The translations under genes and the position numbers were made by a program. Shown here in pieces: positions 49,612 to 59,077 of a stretch of 64,000 nt of DNA. The stretch lies in IMG/VR virus record IMGVR_UViG_3300042268_000308; one strand, 5' to 3'. The DNA comes from a virus. The notes beneath the pieces are model-generated. The model was not told the origin of the DNA and did no database searches. It worked only from the letters and a program-made list of their open reading frames with translations. Each line of letters begins with the position of its first letter. Position 1 is the stretch's first letter.

Positions 49612-50672
49612 TCCGCAGCCTCCTTCGCTTCGGACAGGATCGAGCCGCAGAGCTTTCTCAACTCCTCGCCGCGGTCGTATCCCTTGTGCTTGATGAAAGC
49701 GTCCACCGAGCCCTCGACGGACTCGCCGCTCTTGACGGTGGCGCCGGCCCGCGTGACGGTCTTGGTCGAGCGCGTGGCGTTCACGACAACACCGGCGGCG
49801 CCCATCTTGTAGAGCCCCTCGCGCGCCTCGATGATCTCGGACTCGCTTACGTCCTCCAGCTTCAGGCGCACATAGTTGCCGTCCACCAGGTCGGGCCATT
49901 CCTCCTCGGGCTGGTCCTTGATCTCGACAAAGCGCGGCGCGTGGCTGGCGTGGAACGTGAAATCCTCGTCGTCCACGATCAGGAAGCCGGCCTTCGTGCC
50001 GATGTCGCTGAAGGTCTGGTGCGTGGTGGCGCCGATCGAGATCACCTTGCCGTCGGCCATGACCTTGTGATTGTGGTAGTGGCCCGAGAAGACGCGCCGA
50101 AAGCCGAGCGCCGCCAGGTCGTCGGCGTTCAGGCCGTGATCGGGGATGCCGGGCAGCACGCCGTTGACCGGCGCATGGATGATGGCGTCGAAGTTAGAGC
50201 CCCAGCCGCCGGCCATGCCCTTGAGATCGTCCATCAGCCTCTCGGTGCTGTTGCGCCACGGGACCATGATGCAGCGGCCATGATGGTCCTTGTCGTCGTA
50301 GTGGAGCTCGTCATGCACCGCCACGCCCACATCGCGCAGCGCCCCGAGCGCGTTGCCGAGCGTGTCGCTCTCCTTGCCCTCCAGGTCGTGATTGCCGGGG
50401 ATCGCCTCGAACTCGAAGCCCGCGTTGACCAGGTGGCGAAAGCGAGCGAGCGTCGGGTTCAGCACGCTCGGCGCGATCTGACCGCGAACGTGGAAGAGAT
50501 CGCCGGCGATGCGGACCTTCTTGCCGCCCTTCTTGGCGAGCACGTCGCAGGCCCGCGAAATCTCATCGAGGATGATGCGGAGCCGGGAGTTGACGCCATC
50601 CTCGTCGACCGTCGAGAAGCGGTTCCACGAGTGAATGTGTGCGTCGGAGATCAGAGCCCAGGGTTTGCTCAT
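49608..50672 (-). CDS. SbcD/Mre11-like metallophosphoesterase nuclease
   Basis: 'SDAH', 'AGDLFH', 'GNHD', 'SGHYH'. Confidence 0.92.
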   Translation of the reverse strand: MSKPWALISDAHIHSWNRFSTVDEDGVNSRLRIILDEISRACDVLAKKGGKKVRIAGDLFHVRGQIAPSVLNPTLARFRHLVNAGFEFEAIPGNHDLEGKESDTLGNALGALRDVGVAVHDELHYDDKDHHGRCIMVPWRNSTERLMDDLKGMAGGWGSNFDAIIHAPVNGVLPGIPDHGLNADDLAALGFRRVFSGHYHNHKVMADGKVISIGATTHQTFSDIGTKAGFLIVDDEDFTFHASHAPRFVEIKDQPEEEWPDLVDGNYVRLKLEDVSESEIIEAREGLYKMGAAGVVVNATRSTKTVTRAGATVKSGESVEGSVDAFIKHKGYDRGEELRKLCGSILSEAKEAAE

Positions 50673-50962
50673 CAGGAGCGGCCCTCCTCGGGCATCGACA
50701 GTAGGCGATCGGCGGTGCTCAGCAGCGCCTTGGGGATACTGTCGCAGCGCGTCGCGTCCACGCCCTCGTCCGCGAGAATGCCTTCCAGCTTGATCATTTC
50801 GCGGAAGCTGAGCGACTGGATCATGCCGGCCAGGGCCTTGAGCTTGTTGTCGCGCTTGTCGCTGGCGGTCGGGTCGATGCGTCGCGTCGTCATGCGCTCT
50901 CTCCGTTTTGTGTTGTGTCAGTGCTGACTTATGTTCTACAGCGTCGTGACAGGGGTTGAAAG

Positions 50963-51376
50963 TCAGATTTTCAAGATTGCGTCGCTTTTCCTGAAGTGCT
51001 CAAACGTCAGGTAGCGCTGAAGGGCGCCGCCGCGGCGCTCGTAGTTCTTGATCTTGGAGTGCTTGAGCCAGGTGGCCGCGTCGGTGAGGTAAATCTCGTG
51101 GGTTTCGAGGACGTAGACGCCGAGCGCGTGAACGCCCTCGCGGATCATGCGCAGCACGGTGTCCACATCCATCGCCCAGGCGGCCTCGCCGCTCTCGACC
51201 GCTGCCTTGATGCTCTTGTTGCCGCCACGGAAGATTTCACTGTGCTTGCGCCGCGCCAGGTAGACCCGGCGCCCGTCGGGCAGGTGGCACAGACAGCCGT
51301 AGAAGCGCCGCCCGCGCTTCACCGGCTCCTGGTGAATGTCCTTTCGCAGCTTGGGTAGGACGCGGGCGGCCATCAC
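50963..51376 (-). CDS. Hypothetical basic protein
   Basis: 137 aa ORF. Confidence 0.6.
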   Translation of the reverse strand: MMAARVLPKLRKDIHQEPVKRGRRFYGCLCHLPDGRRVYLARRKHSEIFRGGNKSIKAAVESGEAAWAMDVDTVLRMIREGVHALGVYVLETHEIYLTDAATWLKHSKIKNYERRGGALQRYLTFEHFRKSDAILKI

Positions 51377-51581
51377 TCAGTCCTCCTCGCGCGTCGCGTC
51401 GAGATAGGCGTTGGCCTGATCGAGTGTGCCTCGCATGGACTTGATCTCTTCCTGCGTGCCGCACTTTTCCAGGTCGTGCAGGTCTTGGCTGACGTAGTGC
51501 GCCAGGGCCTCGATCATGCCGCGACTTTCGCGAACAGCCTCCTTTAGCGCCTCGATCTGATCGTCGTTGCCGTCGAAGTCG

Positions 51582-52148
51582 TCATCGTTCAGGGGATTGG
51601 TCATGGTTGTCGATCCTCTCCAGATAGATCACAGTTACAGGCTTGTCGGCACTGAGCAGGTGCGGGCCGTAGTGGCTGCGCAGCACCTTCGCCAGCTTTG
51701 CGACGTGCCCGGCGGACTCCTCCAGCATCATGTGATTGCGGCTCGCATGAGCGCGAAGGATGTCCTTGAGCGGCCCGGCGTCGAAGCTCTCCACCCGCGC
51801 CAGGCCCAGGCTCTTGCCGTTACGGCCGTCGCCGAGAACGACCGTGCCGCCCACCTTGAGCCGCTTCATCCATCCGGCACCGAGCCTGAAGGTGTTGAAG
51901 CGATGCTCAAGGCCGAGGAAGGGCGGGCGAAAGCCCAGGACAGGTAGAAACTCACCACAGCGCTTAATCGGCGCGACGACCCCGTGATCGTCCTGGAACT
52001 CGGCGCTGATGATGCGGAGCTTACAGTTGGGGGCGCGGCCGCAATGGTCACAGAGAAGCGCGTCGCGGCGAAGCTCGGCGCTTGTCTCGACGGTGAACAG
52101 ACCGTCCACCAGTTTGACCGGGCGCTGGTTGAGAGAAGTAGGGGGCAC
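51582..52148 (-). CDS. Hypothetical protein: Cys-rich N-terminus, possible ASCH/PUA-like domain
   Basis: 'NTFRLG...LKVGGTVVL'. Confidence 0.5.
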   Translation of the reverse strand: MPPTSLNQRPVKLVDGLFTVETSAELRRDALLCDHCGRAPNCKLRIISAEFQDDHGVVAPIKRCGEFLPVLGFRPPFLGLEHRFNTFRLGAGWMKRLKVGGTVVLGDGRNGKSLGLARVESFDAGPLKDILRAHASRNHMMLEESAGHVAKLAKVLRSHYGPHLLSADKPVTVIYLERIDNHDQSPER

Positions 52149-52380
52149 GAGCGTCTCCTCGGGTTACGTCATGCCCCATTATAGCGCTTTCGCGCTTGAG
52201 CTAAAGATGGCTATTACCAGAGCCCGAACCAGACGCCGATGCCATGCACCCAAGCGATCGGGAAGAAGATGGCGCCGGCGATAAGAAAGCCCCAGGCTTC
52301 CTCGGTGAAGCTGGTGTAGAGGTGCTGGAACCAGGAGGCGATCAGCGCCACGGTGAGGAGCAGATCGATCACGTCGCCCA

Positions 52381-54717
52381 TCACGCGGCCCTCCCCAGCA
52401 GCTTCGCCTCGTGATCGCGCAGCAGACCGAACAGCTCGTCCTGAGAGCCGTCCTCGATGATCTTCTCGGCCAATTTGCCCTTGAAGTGATTTTTCCCGTC
52501 GATCCACTCGACACGCGGGCCGGACTGCTTGAGCACGCCGATGTCGCAGGCGTGATCCACGGTCGAGCCGATCACGTCGAAGAAGCCCGAACCGTCTTCC
52601 TTGAACATGAAGTTCCAGGCCGCCTTCTCGAAGGGCCGTGACACCTTGTTCTTCACGCACTCGGCGCCGATCTGCTGCCCGACGGTCTTCTTGTCGGAGC
52701 CCGAGCCGCTGGTCAACATCTTGCGACCGAGCTTGATGCGGACGCTCATGTAGAACTCGGGCGCGTTGCCGCCCGGCGTCGTCGTGGGGTCTCCATACAT
52801 GACGCCGATCTTGGTTCGCGCCTGGTTCAAGAACAGCAGGAGCGCATTGTATTTCTCGGCGAGCATGGCGAGTGCCGGGAAGTGGGCACTGGTGGCGCGG
52901 GCGAGCGCCGTATTGTCGTTCATGTTGCGCTGGCTGGCGTCGCGTTCGTTGCCCTTGCTGTCGGTCAGGATCGACTGCGGCACCATCGCGGCCAGGCTGT
53001 CGAAGACGATGACGATCGGCGCGTCGGGATGGATCAGCGCCTTGTCGCGCACGACCTTCATGAGCTTCTTGGTGTAGTCCACCGACTGCTCGAAGGTTTC
53101 AGGCGTCTTGAACACCCACTTGCCGGGCGTGTCATCCAGGCCAAAGGACTTGCCCAGGCCCACGTCGAAGCTGCGTTCGTGATCCATGAAGGCAGCGATA
53201 CCGCCGGCCCTCTGCGCCGCCGTCATGACGTTCGTGGCGATGGCGGTATTGTGCGACACGAAGCCGTTTGCCCAGAAAGAGTGCGTTTCCGGCAAGGACA
53301 CGTCGAACGTTGGCGCTTCGTCATCCTCGATACTCACCACTTCGTCAAAGACGAAGCGACGATCCACCAGCCAGCGAAAGTAGGAGATCAGATGCGCATT
53401 CATCTGCGTCTTCCGCTTTTCGAAATACTCAAGAATGTTTTCAAGAGCCTCGTAGTTTAGACCTCGCGCATTTTCCTCCGAAGCCATGAACTTATAGCAC
53501 AGATCGTTGCCTTCGCGATCCGTCTCACTGGTGTCATACAAAGACCGCAGCAGGCCGGAAACATTCGGCACGACATCAACTGAGCTGCCGCGAGTTTTTG
53601 CGACCAACTTTCCGGCGACAGTCTTGCGCTCGGTCGTCTCAAAGCCAATAACGTCCAAGAACGTCCTGGTCGACTGAGAGCCCACAACAAGTCTTGTATA
53701 GATATGCTCGTATCCCTCGACTTCTTTCGGAGCCGAACGTGCGAGAATGCCAAGGTTCAGCAACATGAGCTGCACCTGACGAATAAGCTCCTTCGATGCC
53801 GAGACGACCTCGATGATGCCATTCTCGGCATCGACATGGCACTCTAACTCGAAGTATCCACGCAGAAAGGCGATTTGCGCTTCGCGACCAGCCTGGCGAA
53901 CGACGAGCGGCACACTTTTGCCCTTCGCAGTCGTCAAACCAAGACCGTATTTTTCCGCAAAGAGCGACCGAATGTTCTTGCTGTCGGTAACGTGATCGGT
54001 CGTTTTGCTGTCGATTTTGGCTGTGGTCGTCACGTTCGCGTCGGGCGCGACTAGCTTCAGCAAACGCTTGTATTCAGCCTCAACCTCTTTGTCGCTGTTG
54101 GAGAACGACAGCCGGTATTCGTTGTTCAAACTGCCGTCGGCAATCAGATAGCCGAGCAGCTTGGCCTCATCGGGCGTGAGATCATTCCGACCAAAGGCGC
54201 CGGGGCCGCGCATGACGACCATCTGATCACCCTTGACGATCTTGTCCGCGTGACGCCATACAATAAAGCCGTGCTCGTTCATGACGCGCAAGGGATGACG
54301 GTGCGTGGCCTCTACGGTCATTCCCGAAGAGGTGCGAATGCACTTAATCTTCTTCCTACCGTTCCACGTCAGATGACTGGTGTTTTCCAGTTCGCCATTC
54401 TCGTTGATCATCCCAACAGAGTGCTCAACCTCTCGGCTTGTGCATGTGGCTTTGTAGCCGCACAGCTCGAAAAGCTCACCGATGGTCGTCATGCCGTATT
54501 CGCTGAGAACCATCGTAGAGGCCGGCTGGCACTTGCCCGACGAGGGCGGACCAAACATTTCGACCAGGCGCCCGACCGGCATCCCGCCGTCATAGACGCC
54601 GCTGATCGCCTTGTTGAGCGGCATGAAGCCGGTATCGAGGAACAATTTCACCTCCTGGTGAACGTCGTTCCCGCCGAGAGCGGACTCGATGGCGTCCGCG
54701 AGAGCTTCGGTGCTCAT
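52381..54717 (-). CDS. recA: RecA-family recombinase containing an intein
   Basis: 'GPPSSGK|T', 'FDSLAAM', 'FLNQAR', 'TTPGGNA', 'KNKV'. Confidence 0.93.
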   Translation of the reverse strand: MSTEALADAIESALGGNDVHQEVKLFLDTGFMPLNKAISGVYDGGMPVGRLVEMFGPPSSGKCQPASTMVLSEYGMTTIGELFELCGYKATCTSREVEHSVGMINENGELENTSHLTWNGRKKIKCIRTSSGMTVEATHRHPLRVMNEHGFIVWRHADKIVKGDQMVVMRGPGAFGRNDLTPDEAKLLGYLIADGSLNNEYRLSFSNSDKEVEAEYKRLLKLVAPDANVTTTAKIDSKTTDHVTDSKNIRSLFAEKYGLGLTTAKGKSVPLVVRQAGREAQIAFLRGYFELECHVDAENGIIEVVSASKELIRQVQLMLLNLGILARSAPKEVEGYEHIYTRLVVGSQSTRTFLDVIGFETTERKTVAGKLVAKTRGSSVDVVPNVSGLLRSLYDTSETDREGNDLCYKFMASEENARGLNYEALENILEYFEKRKTQMNAHLISYFRWLVDRRFVFDEVVSIEDDEAPTFDVSLPETHSFWANGFVSHNTAIATNVMTAAQRAGGIAAFMDHERSFDVGLGKSFGLDDTPGKWVFKTPETFEQSVDYTKKLMKVVRDKALIHPDAPIVIVFDSLAAMVPQSILTDSKGNERDASQRNMNDNTALARATSAHFPALAMLAEKYNALLLFLNQARTKIGVMYGDPTTTPGGNAPEFYMSVRIKLGRKMLTSGSGSDKKTVGQQIGAECVKNKVSRPFEKAAWNFMFKEDGSGFFDVIGSTVDHACDIGVLKQSGPRVEWIDGKNHFKGKLAEKIIEDGSQDELFGLLRDHEAKLLGRAA
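53248..54531 (-). mobile_element. Intein with LAGLIDADG endonuclease in the RecA P-loop (428 aa)
   Basis: GK|CQPAST ... FVSHN|TAI; 'LLGYLIADGS', 'FLRGYFELE'; lower GC. Confidence 0.93.
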
Positions 54718-54769
54718 ATGCATCCTCGCTTGCTTGAGAAAGGAAGGGCGGCTGAAGCCGCCCTATTGT

Positions 54770-55432
54770 TTACGCCGCGTCGTCCAGGTCATCGCCGCTC
54801 AGCAGCGCTTCCAGATCGTCGTCGGAGAAGTCGTCATCGGCGCTGTCGGTGTCATTCTCAGTCTTGGCCGGCGCCAGCGCGGTCTCCTCGTCTTCGGCGT
54901 CGATCGCGGCGGCCTCCACGTCGGCGTCATCGACCTCGGGCTCCGGTTCGGGCTCGACCTTCTTGGTTTCGGCGGGTTCCGGCTCGGCTTCGATCTTGAC
55001 GGTGCCGGCCGGCATCGCCAGCTCGACCGCATCCAGCTCCTTCTGCATTCCTCTCGGAAGCAGGTCATAATCTTCCGGGTCGATCGGTTCGCCCACCTTC
55101 TTGGCGGCCGCCAGCTTCTCAAAGAGCTTGCTCGCCTTGTTGCCGCGAAGCGACTTCTTGCGCGTGCCGCCGGTGCTGGCCGACGCGCTGCCGCCCGGCA
55201 GCTTGAACTCGCCGATCTCTTCGTAGGTCGGCTGCTCCATGACGGCCTCCAGCGCACCCATGACGTTCTCGACCGCGCCGGTCAGGAAGGTCCGCATCGC
55301 CTCGACCTTTTCCTCGGTCAGATGCTCCGGGTTGTTCTCGGCGGTCTTCACGATGTCCTTCATCGTGCCGCCGATGGTGTTCATGCGCTTGTTGGTCAGG
55401 CTGTTGAACTGGCTCTCGGGGATTTTCTTCAT
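54770..55432 (-). CDS. Hypothetical protein with acidic tail
   Basis: 220 aa ORF. Confidence 0.65.
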   Translation of the reverse strand: MKKIPESQFNSLTNKRMNTIGGTMKDIVKTAENNPEHLTEEKVEAMRTFLTGAVENVMGALEAVMEQPTYEEIGEFKLPGGSASASTGGTRKKSLRGNKASKLFEKLAAAKKVGEPIDPEDYDLLPRGMQKELDAVELAMPAGTVKIEAEPEPAETKKVEPEPEPEVDDADVEAAAIDAEDEETALAPAKTENDTDSADDDFSDDDLEALLSGDDLDDAA

Positions 55433-56361
55433 GCCGCTTTCCTCTTGGCGTTGCGCTCGTGCAGGAGCTCGAAGGGTTTGATCCAGCTATCCAGGTCTTT
55501 CAGGATCGAGTTGAAGGCGCACTCGGCGCACAGCTCCTCAAAAGCCTCGCGATCGATCTTGGATTTCTGAACCTTGAGGTTTTCAGGCTTGGGGCGATCC
55601 TTCGCGCGCAGGTCCATGAGCCGCATGTTGAGCGCGAAGCGGTCGCGACCGCCGTGGGTGTTGTCGGCGAACTCGGTCAGGCGCTTGCCGAGCTTGCCGG
55701 CCCTGCCGTCGTCGAACGCCTCGAAGAAGGCCTCGACGCTGCCCCACTCCTCCAGCAGCTTCTTCGCGCCCTTTTCACCGACCCCGCCGACGCCTGGAAT
55801 GTTGTCGGAGGTGTCGCCCTGGAGCGCCTTGCCCTGGAGAAAGGCAGCGGGCGTCGCATAGTCGGTGTTGGTCGTGAAGCTGCGGTAGTTGACCTCGCGC
55901 ACTCGGATCGGGTCGAACCACATGACGCCGGGCTGAACGAGCTGGAGCCAGTCCTTGTCGCCCGAGACGAGGATGATGCGCTCGCCCGTGCCGACCAGAC
56001 GATCGGCCAGAATGCCGGCCAGGTCGTCAGCCTCCATGTTCTGCGAGAACATCTGCGTGACGCCGAGCGCCTTGAGTGCGCGAGCGATGCGCGGGCGCTG
56101 CGCCTTGTAAGCGGCCCGCATTTCCTTCGTCTTTTCGTCGGGCTCGCGATTGGCCTTGTAGTCCTCGAACACCTGCTTGCGCCAGGTCTTGCCATCCCAC
56201 AGCATGATCGGGCGGAAGCCGTGACGCTCCGTGATCAAGCTGCGGGTGGTGCGCAGCACGCCGAAGATGGCCTGGGTCTCGATCTCGCCAGCGCTCAGCT
56301 TCGTGCCCTGGTGCGACGCGAAGCCGATGCTGTTGCCGTCGATCAGCAGCGATCCAGCCAT
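55429..56361 (-). CDS. 5'-3' exonuclease / flap endonuclease
   Basis: 'LIDGNS', 'YKANR', 'EADD', 'SGDKD', 'GDTSDNIPGVGGVGEK'. Confidence 0.93.
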   Translation of the reverse strand: MAGSLLIDGNSIGFASHQGTKLSAGEIETQAIFGVLRTTRSLITERHGFRPIMLWDGKTWRKQVFEDYKANREPDEKTKEMRAAYKAQRPRIARALKALGVTQMFSQNMEADDLAGILADRLVGTGERIILVSGDKDWLQLVQPGVMWFDPIRVREVNYRSFTTNTDYATPAAFLQGKALQGDTSDNIPGVGGVGEKGAKKLLEEWGSVEAFFEAFDDGRAGKLGKRLTEFADNTHGGRDRFALNMRLMDLRAKDRPKPENLKVQKSKIDREAFEELCAECAFNSILKDLDSWIKPFELLHERNAKRKAA

Positions 56362-56438
56362 GAAAACCTCGATTGTGTCGGTAAAGAGGGAAGGGGAGGG
56401 GCGCGCGGCCCCTCCGCTTCAGTGACCGGATCGTGCGA

Positions 56439-57362
56439 TCAGGTCAGGTCGCCCAGGAGATCGTCGATATCCTCATCGGACATGGCGACATCGGCCTCGG
56501 CGGCGCCGGCGGTGTCATCGTCCTCGGTGGCACCGGCATCGTCGTCGGCCTCCGAGGACTCAGAAGGGATTTCGTCGTCCAGGTCCGTCGTGTCGCCGGG
56601 CTCCTCGACCTTGCCCTCCAACACCTCCGGCTTCTTCTTGCCACCCGACGGGCCGGTCAGGGCGCCGGCAGCGGACGAGCCGCCCGACGGCAGCGCGGCG
56701 ACGCCGGTCACAGCGGACACCGCGGACAGGGCGCGCAGACGACCTTCGTCGTTGTCCATGACGTAGGCGTCCAGGTCGTGAAGCTGGCTCAACACGGCCT
56801 TGTCGACCGGCTTGGACTTGAGCGCGACCTGGGCGCGATAGCGCGTGTCGAAGCCCGAGCCGGTGCGCTCGATGACGACATCGGTGCCCTTGTCGAGCGA
56901 CAGCGGATCTTCCTCGGTTTCGTCGAGGAAGTCCTCCAGCACGCTCATAATGTCGGAGGCCAGGTTGGCGCTGACGCCCAGGATGACTACCTTGTCGGGG
57001 TTCTCGCCGTCGCGGTGGATGGCGTTGAACAGCATCGACTTGGAGGCGCGCATGTCCTTGATCTGCTTCTGCTCGGCGTCGGACGCGGCGTATTCGGCGG
57101 CCTGCTGGATGGCGTTACACACGTCGCACGCTTCGCCGTTGGTCACGGCGTCGCAGGTGTAGACGGCCTTCACGTTGCCGTCCTCGCCCTTGATGAAGTG
57201 CTGACCGAAGTCGCGGAAGAAGGTCTCATCGCCGTCCTTCTTCCAGGACGGGAGGATGCGCCAACGGGACTTGCCCTGCGGCGGCTTCGCCGGCCGCTCC
57301 TTCTTGCCCGCGGACGCGAGCTTCTGGCGCTTGTTCTTGATGAGATCCTTGAGACTGCTCAT
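56439..57362 (-). CDS. Single-stranded DNA-binding protein (gp32-like)
   Basis: 'RWRILP', His/Cys Zn ligands, acidic tail 'DIDDLLGDL'. Confidence 0.75.
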   Translation of the reverse strand: MSSLKDLIKNKRQKLASAGKKERPAKPPQGKSRWRILPSWKKDGDETFFRDFGQHFIKGEDGNVKAVYTCDAVTNGEACDVCNAIQQAAEYAASDAEQKQIKDMRASKSMLFNAIHRDGENPDKVVILGVSANLASDIMSVLEDFLDETEEDPLSLDKGTDVVIERTGSGFDTRYRAQVALKSKPVDKAVLSQLHDLDAYVMDNDEGRLRALSAVSAVTGVAALPSGGSSAAGALTGPSGGKKKPEVLEGKVEEPGDTTDLDDEIPSESSEADDDAGATEDDDTAGAAEADVAMSDEDIDDLLGDLT

Positions 57363-57488
57363 GATGGCATGTTCCTTCTATTGTTCACCTGCCCCGTAGG
57401 GCTCAACTGCGCTATCTCTGCGCTCACCTGCGAACTGTGTCGCGAGTGTTTAAGATAGATCAGGATTGACTGATCTTCAAGCGGGAAG

Positions 57489-58007
57489 TCAGCGGCTCCC
57501 GAGCTTTTCCACGAGGCGCGACCCGGCCTCGCCGGCGGCGCGCTCCTTCTCGCGCTTGATGCCGACGGTGAGCTCGCCCTTCATTTCCTCGCGCTGCATC
57601 AGCCCGATCTGGACGAGCATGTCGCGGCGCTGCTTGAAGGCTTCGAGGCTCTGCTTCGCCAGATCGGCGATCATGCGCGCCTCGTTCACCTGTTTGGTGG
57701 CGGTGATGACGCGGCTGTCGCGGGCGATCTCCTTGCCGATGCCGGCCTCGGTGATCTTGCGGCCCTCATCGGCGGCCTCGTCACGGATTTCCTTGTCCAC
57801 CTTCGACTGAAGGATTTCAAGGCGCTGCTTCATGTGGTCGAGCTGACGCTGCGCCCGGCTCGCCAGCACGGCGTAGTGGGCGAACAGCGACGCCTGCTTG
57901 ACCATCGCCTCGCTCAGATTGGCGGGGTTGATCGTCAGGTCTTCACCGAGCTGTTCGCCCGTGACGTAGTGCTCGATGGAAGCCGCTTTCTTCGCGGGTT
58001 CGGTCAT
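57489..58007 (-). CDS. Coiled-coil protein, possibly a UvsY-like recombination mediator
   Basis: Helical; adjacent to SSB, exonuclease and RecA. Confidence 0.55.
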   Translation of the reverse strand: MTEPAKKAASIEHYVTGEQLGEDLTINPANLSEAMVKQASLFAHYAVLASRAQRQLDHMKQRLEILQSKVDKEIRDEAADEGRKITEAGIGKEIARDSRVITATKQVNEARMIADLAKQSLEAFKQRRDMLVQIGLMQREEMKGELTVGIKREKERAAGEAGSRLVEKLGSR

Positions 58008-58573
58008 GATGTGCTCTCTCGCTTTCATCGTTGCGACGCTTTGAAAGCTACAGCGTCGCATATGGGGAGTCAATCAGGAGTGACTTACTTTTTGCTGGAA
58101 AAGTATGAGGCGCTATGGCGCCACATACCCTTCGATTTTGACCTTCGACCAGGCCAGGTGATCGGTCAGCGTTTGGTCGAGCTCCTCGCGAGCGCGAGCC
58201 TGCTTCATCTGCACGCTGTCGATCGCCGCCAGCACCGCCATCCAGGCATCGCGCGGCATCGTCACAGTCACTTCGCGCTCCATGACCTGTCTCCTTCTCC
58301 GCTGAGAGCACAAGACAGGTTTAGCAAAAGCGCGAAAGACAGACAAGGCGCTAGGGCGATTTCATCGCGCCACGACGCTTGATCTTGTCGAGCTCCGGCT
58401 CCATGCGCCAGGTGACGACGCCGGCCTTCTTACCCAGACGCTTGAACAGACGCCGGCACTCGTCTTCTTCCTCGGGGTCGACGACCACGGTGATCGGCAT
58501 CGTGCCCTCGCTCTGCTTGATGGCGCCGAGAATGCGCTCCTTCAGGGTGGGCGGGGTCCACTTCTTCGCGGCC

Positions 58574-58807
58574 TTAGCCATTGAGCACCTTTGCGGGGTA
58601 TCCGTTTTCCAGCAGGTAGAACATGCCGTCGTCCATCTTGACGGCGCTGGCGGGCGCAACGAGACCTTTGCTGCCCCACGGGCCGCGGCCACGCGCGGCC
58701 TTCTCCGCGACCTTCTTGTTGGTGGCGATGCCGACAAGCCGCTGCACGCCACCCGGAAGAGACTCCAGCGTTTCGTAGACGGCATAGACCTTGATGATTT
58801 TCGCCAT
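58574..58807 (-). CDS. Hypothetical protein
   Basis: 77 aa ORF with RBS. Confidence 0.5.
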   Translation of the reverse strand: MAKIIKVYAVYETLESLPGGVQRLVGIATNKKVAEKAARGRGPWGSKGLVAPASAVKMDDGMFYLLENGYPAKVLNG

Positions 58808-58810
58808 CGA

Positions 58811-59068
58811 TCATCCTCCCCAGCCGAACACCTGATGCGGGCGCATCTTGGGGCCGCGCCAGAACCAGCGCTTCGCCAGCGGACGCCCGGCGACGAAGGC
58901 TCGCACACGCATCGACCACCAGCGCATCGCGATGGATCGCACACGCTCCAGTTCGGCGTCGATCTCGCTCTGGCACTCCGAACAGACATCCTTGATGCCG
59001 TCGGCCTGGTAGACATTGCGCAACGTGTTGGTCACGCAGCCCTTCTTTCCACATCGATCACAAGCCAT
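58811..59068 (-). CDS. Small Zn-finger protein
   Basis: CDRC ... CSEC. Confidence 0.55.
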   Translation of the reverse strand: MACDRCGKKGCVTNTLRNVYQADGIKDVCSECQSEIDAELERVRSIAMRWWSMRVRAFVAGRPLAKRWFWRGPKMRPHQVFGWGG

Positions 59069-59077
59069 GTTTGCCTC

